Notes: generated by a model from the letters alone, not told the origin. Shown: positions 10,051-19,367, numbered from the stretch's first letter. The stretch is DNA of 64,000 nt from Acidimicrobiia bacterium (GCA_041748855.1 JBGTCK010000062.1:7672-71671); one strand, 5' to 3'. A program made the numbers and translations.

Positions 10051-10482
10051 GTGACTATCGAGAGGGAACTGGCCGAACTACTCCGTGACCGCGGCAATCG
10101 ACTCACCGAGCCCCGACTCCGGGTCTGGGAAGTCCTCAATCGCGCCGGCGGCCATCTCACAGTCGAGGAGATCGTCGGGGAGGTGCACAAGGCAGACCCG
10201 ACCATCAACACCTCTTCGGTCTACCGCACCCTCGCCCTGTTTGCCGATCTGGACCTGGTGCGTGAGTCAAGTCTGGGCCCCGATGAAGGGGCACGCTGGG
10301 AACTGGGGCACCCCGATGACCATTTTCACCTTGTCTGCCGGGTGTGCGGCGATGTCGACCACCACGAGGGAGACCTGGTCGAACAGATCCGCAGCCATCT
10401 TGGCACGGGCCATGGCTTCAACGCCGAGGAGATCGACCTCGTAGTGACCGGCACCTGCGCCCGTTGTGCAGCGGACGGCTGA
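10051..10482 (+). CDS. Fur-family metalloregulator (Nur-like)
   Basis: RLTEPR, SSVYRTL, HFHLVCRVC, CARC. Confidence 0.9.
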   Translation: MTIERELAELLRDRGNRLTEPRLRVWEVLNRAGGHLTVEEIVGEVHKADPTINTSSVYRTLALFADLDLVRESSLGPDEGARWELGHPDDHFHLVCRVCGDVDHHEGDLVEQIRSHLGTGHGFNAEEIDLVVTGTCARCAADG

Positions 10483-10553
10483 ATCACTCAGCCTTGGCAA
10501 ATGAGTCCGCTGGACCCATACGTCTGATCCAGGCTCTTGCCGATGTTGAGCCC

Positions 10554-11012
10554 ATGAGTTTGATTTCACTCAAAGGTGACCGCGGCGGAGGCCTTGTCGA
10601 ATATGCACTGATCGTGATGTTGATCTCGGTCGTCGGCCTGACGGCGGTTGGGTTTGTGGGGGAGCAGACTTCTGACAGCTTCGAGGCTATCGGCACGAGC
10701 TTCGGTCCCGATACCGAGCCCGAGATGAGCCCTGAAGAGAAATGGGACATGGCGAAAGCCGACTACGACGATGCCATTGCGGACGCCAAGGCGAAGCAGG
10801 CAGAGGACAAGGAAAAGGCCAAGGCTGAGTACGAAACGGCAGCTGCTTCGAATAAGGATCTGCCCAATAAGGAGCGCAAGGAAGCGAACGCCGATGCCAA
10901 GGCCAAGCAAAAAGATGCCAACAACGCCGCCAACGCCGACTACAAGGCGTCCACCGATGCCGCGAAGGCTGCGAGAAACGCAGCCCAAGCCGAATACAAA
11001 GCAAACAAGTAG
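10554..11012 (+). CDS. Flp/Tad-type pilin N-terminus fused to a ~100-aa Ala/Lys/Asp/Glu-rich helical domain
   Basis: DRG-GGLVEYALI prepilin motif followed by a hydrophobic helix; AKADY/AKAKQ/AKAEY repeats spaced 11 residues apart. Confidence 0.75.
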   Translation: MSLISLKGDRGGGLVEYALIVMLISVVGLTAVGFVGEQTSDSFEAIGTSFGPDTEPEMSPEEKWDMAKADYDDAIADAKAKQAEDKEKAKAEYETAAASNKDLPNKERKEANADAKAKQKDANNAANADYKASTDAAKAARNAAQAEYKANK

Positions 11013-11054
11013 GAGCTTGCCTGTTACCCGGCAGTAGGTAGTTAAGTTCTTGAG

Positions 11055-11642
11055 GTGAAACCCTCACGAATCAATCTCAGCCGCGAGCATACGATTGCAG
11101 TGGCCATCATCACTGTCCTGGTCTCGGTCGGCGTGGTCTGGCTGATGGTTTCCGTCGCGATGAATGGCACCCCCCCGACTACCACCGCCGCAACCTCCGT
11201 ACCCCCTCCGACGGAGACGACAACCTCCGTATCTGAAACGCCTACGACGGCCGCAGTGACGACCACGACTTCGCAGCCGGACCCGACGTTCACCGTGGGA
11301 GTGTTTGACGAAGTAGCTGCTGTCGAAGAATTCATCGACGACTTCGCCGGAGCGATCGAATCAGGCGATTCGGAGTTCCTCTTCGAGCGACTTCACCCGG
11401 CGGTGAAGGCCACTTATGAGGAGGAAGCGTGCCGGGGACACATCGATGAGCGGGTGCTCACCGTCGATGGCTATCGCCAGGAAGGTCCGGTGGTCGGTCC
11501 GTTCGATGCTGAGTTCGGCGAGTTCCCGATCACTTCCTACGAGGTGCTTGTCAATTTCGAAATCGATGGCGATCCCATAGAGGAGTCCGCCGTCTTCTCG
11601 CTGACCGAAGGTGTTGTCCGCTGGTTCGCCGAATGTAGCTGA
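11055..11642 (+). CDS. Membrane-anchored hypothetical protein with Thr/Pro linker
   Basis: N-terminal TM helix, Thr-rich spacer, small C-terminal domain with two Cys. Confidence 0.7.
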   Translation: MKPSRINLSREHTIAVAIITVLVSVGVVWLMVSVAMNGTPPTTTAATSVPPPTETTTSVSETPTTAAVTTTTSQPDPTFTVGVFDEVAAVEEFIDDFAGAIESGDSEFLFERLHPAVKATYEEEACRGHIDERVLTVDGYRQEGPVVGPFDAEFGEFPITSYEVLVNFEIDGDPIEESAVFSLTEGVVRWFAECS

Positions 11643-11680
11643 CCGTTTTCCCTTCATCCGTGGGCTGCCACACTGGCGGA

Positions 11681-13285
11681 ATGGAGAGGTCATCGAGCCT
11701 GAATCCCCGGCAGAGAGAAAGCGATCTCGCCCGCATGGAAGAGGAGGTCTTCGATGTGGTCGTGATCGGGGGCGGTGTCACCGGGTGCGGGGTTGCGCTC
11801 GACGCTGCCAGCCGGGGACTGTCAGTGGCCCTCGTCGAACAAAGGGACCTCGCCTCGGGAACCTCGAGTCGCTCCTCGAAGCTGATTCACGGCGGTCTGC
11901 GTTACCTCGAGCAGTTCAATTTCGGCCTGGTCCGCGAAGCGCTTTCGGAGCGCCATCTCATGCTCAGCACTCTTTGCCCCCACCTGGTCGAGCCAGTCTC
12001 CTTCCTGTACCCGCTCCAGCATCGAATCTGGGAGCGCCTATATGTCGGTGCGGGAGTCCTTCTTTACGACCTGCTTGCGCGGTTGGGCGGGAGTTCGCTC
12101 CCGCGGCATCGGCACCTTTCGAAGACCTCAGCACTCAAACTGGCTCCCTCGCTGGCGCCTGACGCCCTCACGGGGGCGGTTGTCTACTGGGACGCGATGG
12201 TCGACGACGCGCGGCACACCCTGGCGCTCGCCCGCACCGCAGTTTCCCAGGGGGCACTTTTGGCGACGAGCACGAGAGTCATCGGGATGGTGATGGAGGG
12301 GAGCCGGGTGGCAGGGGTGGTAGCTCGCGACCTCGAAGGCGGACGGACCCTGGAGATTCGTGCCAGATCGGTCATCTCGGCCACAGGGGTATGGACCGAT
12401 GATGTTCAGGGGATGGCTGGTGATCACGGGATCGACGTGCTTGCCTCCAAGGGAGTTCATCTCGTAGTGCCGCGATCGGCGGTCGGCTCGAACACTGGAT
12501 TGATCCTGCGCACCGAGAAGAGCGTCCTCTTTGTCATCCCGTGGGCGGAGCACTGGATCATCGGGACGACGGACACCCCATGGTCTCTGCGTCGCGCCCA
12601 TCCCGCTGCCAGCCGTTCCGATATTCAATACCTCCTCGATCGGGTCAATACAGTCCTCCGGAAGCCGCTCACCGCCAGCGATGTCGTGGGGGTCTATGCC
12701 GGGCTCCGCCCCCTGCTCACCGGCGAGTCCGAGGAGACCTCCCGTCTGAGCCGGGAGCACGCAGTTCTGGTATCCGATTCGGGGCTGGTAAGTGTCGCCG
12801 GCGGGAAGTACACGACCTACCGGATCATGGCTCGCGACGCTGTCGATGCCGCCGTCGAAAGCCTTGGAGCGGCTGACTCCATTACCGATGAGATAACCCT
12901 GGTCGGCGCGGACCGGCCCGGCGTCCTCCAGGAACTAGTCGCCGCCCGCCCGGAGCTCGCCGGGAGACTTGGCGAGACGCGGTTCACCAAAGCCGAGGCC
13001 TTGTATGCCGTGACCGACGAGGGGGCCCTACACCTCGACGACATCCTCACCCGTCGGACGCGTATCTCCATCGAGTCTGCGGACCGGGGCGTTGATGTCG
13101 CCGCCGAGGTCGCCGGCTTGGTTGCTCCGGAGTTGGGGTGGTCCAAGGAGGATGTGGCGCGGGAGGTTTCCCACTACCTGGCCCGGGTCGAGGCTGAACG
13201 CGACTCCCAGACCAGGCCCGACGATCGCACCGCCGATGCGGCAAGGATGGGGGCACCGGATGTGAGACTCGGGGGACTCGATTGA
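11681..13285 (+). CDS. glpD: FAD-dependent glycerol-3-phosphate dehydrogenase
   Basis: IGGGVTG, GTSSRSSKLIHGGLRYLE, SKGVH, GGKYTTYR. Confidence 0.93.
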   Translation: MERSSSLNPRQRESDLARMEEEVFDVVVIGGGVTGCGVALDAASRGLSVALVEQRDLASGTSSRSSKLIHGGLRYLEQFNFGLVREALSERHLMLSTLCPHLVEPVSFLYPLQHRIWERLYVGAGVLLYDLLARLGGSSLPRHRHLSKTSALKLAPSLAPDALTGAVVYWDAMVDDARHTLALARTAVSQGALLATSTRVIGMVMEGSRVAGVVARDLEGGRTLEIRARSVISATGVWTDDVQGMAGDHGIDVLASKGVHLVVPRSAVGSNTGLILRTEKSVLFVIPWAEHWIIGTTDTPWSLRRAHPAASRSDIQYLLDRVNTVLRKPLTASDVVGVYAGLRPLLTGESEETSRLSREHAVLVSDSGLVSVAGGKYTTYRIMARDAVDAAVESLGAADSITDEITLVGADRPGVLQELVAARPELAGRLGETRFTKAEALYAVTDEGALHLDDILTRRTRISIESADRGVDVAAEVAGLVAPELGWSKEDVAREVSHYLARVEAERDSQTRPDDRTADAARMGAPDVRLGGLD

Positions 13286-14484
13286 CTGGACCGAAGGCAG
13301 GCACGATCTGGGTTTGCCTTGGGTTGGCCCTTGCCGCCTGCACCACGTCTGATGGTGGAGGGCCGACCAGCGCTCCCATCGAGGAAGAAGAGTCACCGGG
13401 CCGGATAGTGGTGTTGGACACCGAGGGCGACGTCGTCACTATGGACCCGGACGGCTCCGACCGGATCTCGATCACCGACAACGGCGATTCGGCGACATAC
13501 TTCCAGCCGGTCTGGTCGCCCGACTCGCCCACTGTTGCGTGGAGCGTGTCTGATGAAACCGGCTTTGCGGTGATGACCGCAAGCGACGACGGTGCAGACC
13601 GGCGCCGGATCGATGTTTCGGGTTTTCCCTTCTATATCAATTGGTCCCCCGACGGCGAGCAGATCGGCATCCTCTACGCTGGGACCGGAGGCACATTCGA
13701 CCTCGGCCTGGTCAGTCCTGAAGCGGGCAGAACTAGCCAGCTCGACAGCGGATCGCCCTACTACTTTTCCTGGAGTCCCGACAGCGAAGCGGTTGTGGTG
13801 CACGTGGACGGTGACAGGCTGGAGATCTTCGATGAGTCCGCAACGCCGACCGATATCGGACCGACATCGCCCCGCTTTTTCGCTCCTCGTTGGGTTTCTT
13901 CCGGCATCTTCTATCTAGCCCCTGAAGGGGTGACCCTGCGCGCAAACGATGGAAGCACCATCGTGTTTGCCGCTCCGCCATCCGGCCAGGTCAGCATCAA
14001 TCCGAACGCGCAGGGCTCATTGGTGGCCGTCCACAGCCTGGGCGGCACAGGCGGAATGACCGTCGGACTTGGACCTACCGCCGTCGACGAGCCGCACACC
14101 GTTTCGATCATCGACACCGAGTCCGGGGCGTCCGAAGTCGTCTCTACCACCCTGTCGGTTGGATCTTTCTGGAGCCCAGACGGTGCACGCCTTCTCGTTC
14201 TCGAGGTCAACGCCGACGAGAGAGCCGTCGATGTCGTCGTATGGGAAGCCGGTGAAACCCGACTTCTCACCACGATTGAGATCCCCGGATCACTGATCAC
14301 CGAAGCCCTTGCCTTCTTCGACCAGTACGCTCAGTCGTGGCGGATGTGGAGCCCGGGGTCGGATTCGATAGTCCTTCCCGGAGTGATCGAGGAGGGCGAA
14401 GGGATCTGGGTGATCCCCGTCGATGGTGGCGATCCGATCAACATCTCGGATGGAGAATGGGCGGCCTGGTCCTACGGGACCTGA
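13282..14484 (+). CDS. Lipoprotein with TolB/PD40 beta-propeller repeats
   Basis: Lipobox LAAC; repeated WSPD motifs. Confidence 0.8.
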   Translation: MTGPKAGTIWVCLGLALAACTTSDGGGPTSAPIEEEESPGRIVVLDTEGDVVTMDPDGSDRISITDNGDSATYFQPVWSPDSPTVAWSVSDETGFAVMTASDDGADRRRIDVSGFPFYINWSPDGEQIGILYAGTGGTFDLGLVSPEAGRTSQLDSGSPYYFSWSPDSEAVVVHVDGDRLEIFDESATPTDIGPTSPRFFAPRWVSSGIFYLAPEGVTLRANDGSTIVFAAPPSGQVSINPNAQGSLVAVHSLGGTGGMTVGLGPTAVDEPHTVSIIDTESGASEVVSTTLSVGSFWSPDGARLLVLEVNADERAVDVVVWEAGETRLLTTIEIPGSLITEALAFFDQYAQSWRMWSPGSDSIVLPGVIEEGEGIWVIPVDGGDPINISDGEWAAWSYGT

Positions 14485-15770
14485 GACACCTCAGGGGACA
14501 TCGGGGCGATAGTCACCTCGGCGACCCTACGGCCCCTAGTGGTTCGCACTCTGACCCGCCACGATTCGGTCTCGACTGTGTCACCCCGCCGCGGTACCCG
14601 TCCGAGGCGGTCCATCAGGAATCCGCCGACAGTCCCGTACTCGCCTTCCGGTAGGGCAACACCCGCCTCGGCAAGGTCCTCGATCCGGAGCGTTCCGGAG
14701 ACTACCATGCTCCCATCGTCGTTGACCTGGATCGGAGACTCCTCCGGGTCATGCTCGTCGGTTATCTCGCCAACCAGCTCCTCGGCTATGTCCTCCATGG
14801 TGATTATCCCAGCGGTGCTGCCGTGTTCATCGACGACGATCCCGATGTGGTTGCGGGATCGACGCATCTCGGTGAGGACCGACTGGATCCGCGCTGTCTC
14901 GGGAACGGCCAGAGTGTCCCGCAGTGCGCCTTCGTCGAATGGCTGATCGAGTGCGTCGCCCTCGATCGCAATCAGGTCTTTGATGTGCACGAAACCCCGA
15001 ACATCGTCGAGGTCGCCGGTATGCATCGGAAGACGGGAATGACCGGTTGTCCGCATCAGGTCTAGGATCTCTGAGGCGGCGAGCGAGAGGTTGGCGGCGA
15101 CGACATCCGGTCGCGGGGTCATCGCAACCGAGACATCTCTCTCAGCGAAGTCGATTGCTCCCGTCAGCAGGTTGTGGGCGAAGTCGCCGATGACGCCTTC
15201 TTCCTGGCCGGCTCCGATGACCATCGCCAGGTCCTCGGCCGAGTGTCCGACATCGAGGGCGTCGGCAGGGCGGACTCCGAACAGGCGGAGAACGTTGTTG
15301 GCGATTCCATTGAGTAGCCAGATCAACGGCCTGAACACCAGCATGAACGCCCTGAAGGGAAACGCCATGAACATCGCCGATTTCTCGGGGCTCGAGATTG
15401 CGATGTTCTTCGGAGCCATCTCTCCGATGACCATGTGGAGAAATACGACGATCATCAACGCGAATACCAGGGAGATCCCGTGAATGACGTTCTCGGGCAA
15501 GGCGGTCAGGCCCAGACCTGCCTCGAAAAACCCGGCGATGGCGGGTTCGGCTACCGCCCCGAGCACGAGAGAGGCCATGGTGATTCCCAATTGTGCGCCG
15601 GCAAGGCTCAGGGAGAGGTCCCGGTTCAGCTTGACGGCGATCTGGGCGGAAGCGGACGCAGTCTGCTCCAGTACGTTGCGCCGTGCAGTTATATAGGCGA
15701 ACTCCGCGGCAACGAAGAAGCCGTTGGCGAGCAGGAGTAGGACCAGCCAGACGAGGGCGAGCCAGTTCAC
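14472..15770 (-). CDS. HlyC/CorC (CNNM, DUF21-CBS-CorC) transporter, copy 2
   Basis: NGFFVAAEF, AQLGIT, GEMAPK, MTPRPD, GHSRLP, VVDEHG. Confidence 0.92.
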   Translation of the reverse strand: MNWLALVWLVLLLLANGFFVAAEFAYITARRNVLEQTASASAQIAVKLNRDLSLSLAGAQLGITMASLVLGAVAEPAIAGFFEAGLGLTALPENVIHGISLVFALMIVVFLHMVIGEMAPKNIAISSPEKSAMFMAFPFRAFMLVFRPLIWLLNGIANNVLRLFGVRPADALDVGHSAEDLAMVIGAGQEEGVIGDFAHNLLTGAIDFAERDVSVAMTPRPDVVAANLSLAASEILDLMRTTGHSRLPMHTGDLDDVRGFVHIKDLIAIEGDALDQPFDEGALRDTLAVPETARIQSVLTEMRRSRNHIGIVVDEHGSTAGIITMEDIAEELVGEITDEHDPEESPIQVNDDGSMVVSGTLRIEDLAEAGVALPEGEYGTVGGFLMDRLGRVPRRGDTVETESWRVRVRTTRGRRVAEVTIAPMSPEVSQVP

Positions 15771-17077
15771 TGCTGCACCTCACGGCGGCCGGTCCTGGTT
15801 ACCTTGACCTGGTCGATGCGGAGGCCGTCCATCGTGAGCACTTCGAAGGCAAATTCGTCCAGCCTGACCACATCACCAGGGACCGGGAATCTCCCGCGGT
15901 GGGCGACGATCATTCCGCCCAGCGTCTCGTAGCGGCCCTCCGGCCATTCGAGACCGATGAGTTCCTCCACCTCGTGGCGGTGAAGCAGCCCGGAGAGGAT
16001 CTCCACCTTCTCAGGGTCGGCGACGACGCCGGAGTCGATGTCGTATTCATCCTCGATCTCACCGAAGATCTCCTCGAGCAGGTCCTCAATAGTCACGATT
16101 CCGGCGGTGCCGCCGTACTCATCGACAACCACGGCCATCCCTTTGCCGCTGGTACGCAGTTCATCGAGCACGTACTCGAGCGAGGACGTTTCGGGGACCT
16201 CGAGGGCAGGCAGGCTTATCGAGCCCACTTCGGTGATGGAGAGACGGGCCAGGGGAATCTCGATTGTGTCTTTGATATGAGCAATGCCGATCACTTCGTC
16301 GAGGTCTTCGTTGTAGATCGGGAACCGGGAATGACCTGTGCTGATCGATTCTCGGCGAAGGTCGGCGATCGAGTCGTGTTTGTTCAAGCCGACGATGTTG
16401 ACCCGGGGGATCATTGCATCACTGGCTATCTTCTCGGTGAAGGAGAGGGCCCTGGTGAGCAGCTTGAGCTCGCTGTCATCGAGCCATCCAGCTTCCCCTG
16501 AGGACCTGATCATCAATTCCAGTTCCTCCACAGAACGGACGCCGGCCAGTTCCTCCCGAGGTTCGATTCCCAGCCGTCTTACCGTCCAGTTGGCCGAACT
16601 GTTGAGGAAGAGGATCAGTGGTCGGAGTAGAGCATTGACGATTTGCATCGGGATCCCGAACCACACCGCCGAGGCATACGGCTTGGAGATAGCGAGGTTC
16701 TTCGGCACGAGTTCACCGAAAACCATCTGCGTTGCGGTGGCGAGGACAAAGGCCACTACAAGGGAAACGGCCAAACTGGTCTCGGCAGTGAACCACTGTA
16801 GGTCCGCCACCAGCGGATCGATCAGCCGGGCGAGAGTGGGTTCAGCGATGAATCCCAGGACCAGGGAGGTCACCGTGATGCCGAGTTGGGCCCCCGATAG
16901 TTCGAATGAGAGATTGCGGAGCGAGCGGAGGATCCGGGACGCGGACTTGTTGCCCTCGCGTGCCCTGCGCTCGATGAGACTCCGATCGACACTGACGATG
17001 GCGAATTCGCCGGCCACGAAGAAGGCGTTGAGCAGGATGAGGACCAGGACTGCGAGCAGCCCGACGAGGTTGCTTAT
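15767..17077 (-). CDS. HlyC/CorC (CNNM) transporter, copy 1, apparent non-canonical ATA start
   Basis: The frame continues upstream of the ORF-track GTG (17017) as ISNLVGLLAVLVLILLNAFFVAGEF. In-frame TGA at 17087-17089 with no ATG/GTG/TTG in between; GAGGTG lies 5 nt upstream of ATA 17077. Confidence 0.85.
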   Translation of the reverse strand: MSNLVGLLAVLVLILLNAFFVAGEFAIVSVDRSLIERRAREGNKSASRILRSLRNLSFELSGAQLGITVTSLVLGFIAEPTLARLIDPLVADLQWFTAETSLAVSLVVAFVLATATQMVFGELVPKNLAISKPYASAVWFGIPMQIVNALLRPLILFLNSSANWTVRRLGIEPREELAGVRSVEELELMIRSSGEAGWLDDSELKLLTRALSFTEKIASDAMIPRVNIVGLNKHDSIADLRRESISTGHSRFPIYNEDLDEVIGIAHIKDTIEIPLARLSITEVGSISLPALEVPETSSLEYVLDELRTSGKGMAVVVDEYGGTAGIVTIEDLLEEIFGEIEDEYDIDSGVVADPEKVEILSGLLHRHEVEELIGLEWPEGRYETLGGMIVAHRGRFPVPGDVVRLDEFAFEVLTMDGLRIDQVKVTRTGRREVQQ

Positions 17078-17208
17078 GGGGCCACCTCACGGCCGACGAC
17101 AGACGTGGAATCGGTACCCGAAGATCTAAGGCTCTGCGGACTCGAACCGCACAACCAGAGGCGGCTAACAGGTTGAGGAGGCTCGTCGCTCGATTTGTCG
17201 GGTTCCAC
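17074..17208 (-). CDS. Putative leader peptide (44 aa, MEPDKSSDEPPQP...REVAP) coupled to the CorC/HlyC operon
   Basis: Hand-translated. GTG lies 8 nt after TATACT (17217-17222); the TAA stop overlaps the downstream ATA (ATAA). Confidence 0.65.
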   Translation of the reverse strand: MEPDKSSDEPPQPVSRLWLCGSSPQSLRSSGTDSTSVVGREVAP

Positions 17209-17299
17209 TCAGCAAAAGTATAAGCGCCGCCGGATATTCGACGAACGGGCGCAGTATCGATGAGGAAGCCGGGGTTAGGAGTTCTTGGTCATCCCTGGA

Positions 17300-17731
17300 T
17301 CAGACCCATTCGGATGTCATTTTCGGGATCACCGTCACGGGAACCGGGCTATGCCTGACCACCCGTTCGGCGATACTGCCCAGCTTCCATCTCTCGAACC
17401 CGGACCGACCGTGCGTGGCCATCACCACCATCCTGATTCCATCGCCGTCGGCGTAGTCGATGAGGGCTTCGGAGGCGTCGTCACCGCTAATGAGCGAGTA
17501 GTCGGCCGGGATCCCGTCCACGGCCGAGGCGACACTGCGGAGGTAGGACTCGATCAATTCGGGCACTTCGATCTGTTCGGAACTCGCCTGTGCTATCAGG
17601 TCGGCGCGAAGGCGCAATCCCGAAACGGTGACGAGCACCAGCTCGTCGCCGAGGGCTTTGGCGAGGACTGTCGCCGGGCCGATTGCCCGGGCGGCGACGT
17701 CTGAGAGGTCCAGAGGAACCACAATCTTCAT
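17300..17731 (-). CDS. Universal stress protein
   Basis: IVVPLDLS, MATHGRSG, GSIAERVVRHSPVPV. Confidence 0.9.
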   Translation of the reverse strand: MKIVVPLDLSDVAARAIGPATVLAKALGDELVLVTVSGLRLRADLIAQASSEQIEVPELIESYLRSVASAVDGIPADYSLISGDDASEALIDYADGDGIRMVVMATHGRSGFERWKLGSIAERVVRHSPVPVTVIPKMTSEWV

Positions 17732-17828
17732 GTCAGGTCTCCTGAGTCGATCGAGGTTCGCACCCTAGTGGCTGGCGCCGGGACACCCTCGATTCAGGAG
17801 ATAGGCTGAGGCCAGCAATAGATAGGTA

Positions 17829-18191
17829 ATGATGGCTTCTGCACCCAGAGTCGGCTCCGTGGTAATCAACACCGGCAACCCTGATCGGCTGGCGGCTTTC
17901 TGGACCGGGCTCCTCGGGGTCGGAATCGCCCGACGCTCGGGCCCCTACTTCATCTGGCTCGAACCGCAACACCAGGGCGGGATTTCGGTTGCCTTCCAGA
18001 AGGTCGACGAGGCGACTGAAGGACGGCGCCGAGTCCACCTCGACATGACCGTCGAAGACCTCGACAGCTCGGTGCAGCGAGCCCTTGAGCTGGGCGCCTC
18101 CCACGTCGAAGAGCACACCTCGGGGGACTTCAAATGGGTGGTACTCGCCGACCCGGACGGCAATGAGTTCTGCCTTGCCCCGGGCCACTGA
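17829..18191 (+). CDS. VOC/glyoxalase family protein
   Basis: LAAFW, RVHLD, ADPDGNEFC. Confidence 0.88.
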   Translation: MMASAPRVGSVVINTGNPDRLAAFWTGLLGVGIARRSGPYFIWLEPQHQGGISVAFQKVDEATEGRRRVHLDMTVEDLDSSVQRALELGASHVEEHTSGDFKWVVLADPDGNEFCLAPGH

Positions 18192-18212
18192 GCACCCGGC
18201 GGGCGCGGGCGG

Positions 18213-18773
18213 TCAGTAGTCCCTGTCGTCGGTGGGCTCGGTCGTGGCGGTGCTTGCCTCCGGTCCGCCGATGACGGAACCGTTGCCATCAACGACGAAC
18301 CAGACGCCACCGAAATCCTGGCCGGTGGTGTCACCGGGGTTTGCGTCGGGGATGTAGAGGTATAGCGGCATACCGTTGACGGTCAGCTGTTCAGATCCGT
18401 CGGTCCTCGTAGTGGTTCCGAAGATCGTGGAATCGAGACCGGTCGAAACGGATGTTTCGCCGGAAACGGGTGGCCAGAGATCGGCGCAAACGTCGTAACA
18501 GGTGCTATCCCCGTTGGTGTCGTCAGTGAATATGTAGAGAGTGAATCCGTGGGGATCGACGAGGATCTCTCCCAGTTCGGTCGAAGCGGTGTGCACGCCA
18601 TCCATAGCCTCCTCATCGTCTCCTACCGCAGTCGTGGTCGTATCGGCGCCCCCCGCCGTGGTGGTGGTATCAGACTCAGGGAGGGTGGAAGCGTCCGCCC
18701 CTGTGTCGTCCCCACCACCGCACGCTGCTACCAGAAGCAGGATGGTGGCGAGGAATGTAAGACGTGGACTCAA
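18213..18773 (-). CDS. Secreted lipoprotein with Yx(FWY)xxD repeats (COG4315-like)
   Basis: TTG start after AAGGAG; lipobox VAAC; GFTLYIFTDD, CYDVCADLWPP, NGMPLYLY. Confidence 0.85.
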   Translation of the reverse strand: MSPRLTFLATILLLVAACGGGDDTGADASTLPESDTTTTAGGADTTTTAVGDDEEAMDGVHTASTELGEILVDPHGFTLYIFTDDTNGDSTCYDVCADLWPPVSGETSVSTGLDSTIFGTTTRTDGSEQLTVNGMPLYLYIPDANPGDTTGQDFGGVWFVVDGNGSVIGGPEASTATTEPTDDRDY

Positions 18774-18798
18774 CTTGTCTCCTTGGTTCTGTTCACCA

Positions 18799-18824
18799 CT
18801 ACGTCTCGGCCCGGTAGATGGTTC
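18799..18824 (-). promoter_or_regulatory. Putative ECF sigma promoter GAACC-N16-CGTAG for the lipoprotein
   Basis: Same boxes and spacing as the copy at 19366-19391. Confidence 0.7.
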
Positions 18825-18842
18825 GCGTGCCAAAATGGCGAC

Positions 18843-19367
18843 GTGGATGCCGAAGTGCTCGGGCGGTTCCGGGATGGCGACGAAGAAGCGGTAAAGGCGG
18901 TTTACAACCGGTTCTCGGGAGCCGTCTACGCCATTTCCGTCTCCATCCTTCGTGACCCGGGACGGGCTGCGGATGCCACCCAGCAGACCTTCGTCAAAGC
19001 CTGGCGATCTGCTTCGTCGTTCGATCCGAACCGGGAGTTTGCCCCGTGGGTGTATTCGATCGCCCGAAGGACTGCCATCGACATCTACCGCAAGGAGAAA
19101 CGCCGCATCCCATCGGACAAGGTCGACGCGGTTGCGGAGGGAACGTCGATGGAGCGCGTGTGGGAGGTGTTCCAGGTGCGGTTGGCTGTCGACCAACTCA
19201 CCGTCGAGGAGCGCCAGGTGGTGGCGATGAGCCACTTTGAAGGTCTTACCCATGCCGAGATCGCTGAGGGTCTCGACATCCCTCTGGGCACAGTCAAGTC
19301 CCGTTCGCATCGCGCCCACCGTCACCTGGTTGAACTTCTCGGCCACCTCGACGGAGAACCAGAATGA
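18843..19367 (+). CDS. ECF RNA polymerase sigma factor (SigK-like)
   Basis: AADATQQTFVKAW, FDP, IARRTAID, EIAEGLDIPLGTVKSR; start codon uncertain. Confidence 0.9.
   Translation: MDAEVLGRFRDGDEEAVKAVYNRFSGAVYAISVSILRDPGRAADATQQTFVKAWRSASSFDPNREFAPWVYSIARRTAIDIYRKEKRRIPSDKVDAVAEGTSMERVWEVFQVRLAVDQLTVEERQVVAMSHFEGLTHAEIAEGLDIPLGTVKSRSHRAHRHLVELLGHLDGEPE

Noticed and set aside
10495-10546. GGCAAA...TTGCCGA upstream of the Flp gene suggested a c-di-GMP-I riboswitch
   Set aside because: Too short and lacks the GAAA tetraloop, GCAAA and receptor elements. Better explained as a sigma28-like promoter.
17135-17151. TGCGG-TTCGAGT-CCGCA looks like a tRNA T-arm
   Set aside because: No acceptor stem, D-arm or anticodon arm around it. 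It lies inside the leader ORF and is at most a local hairpin.
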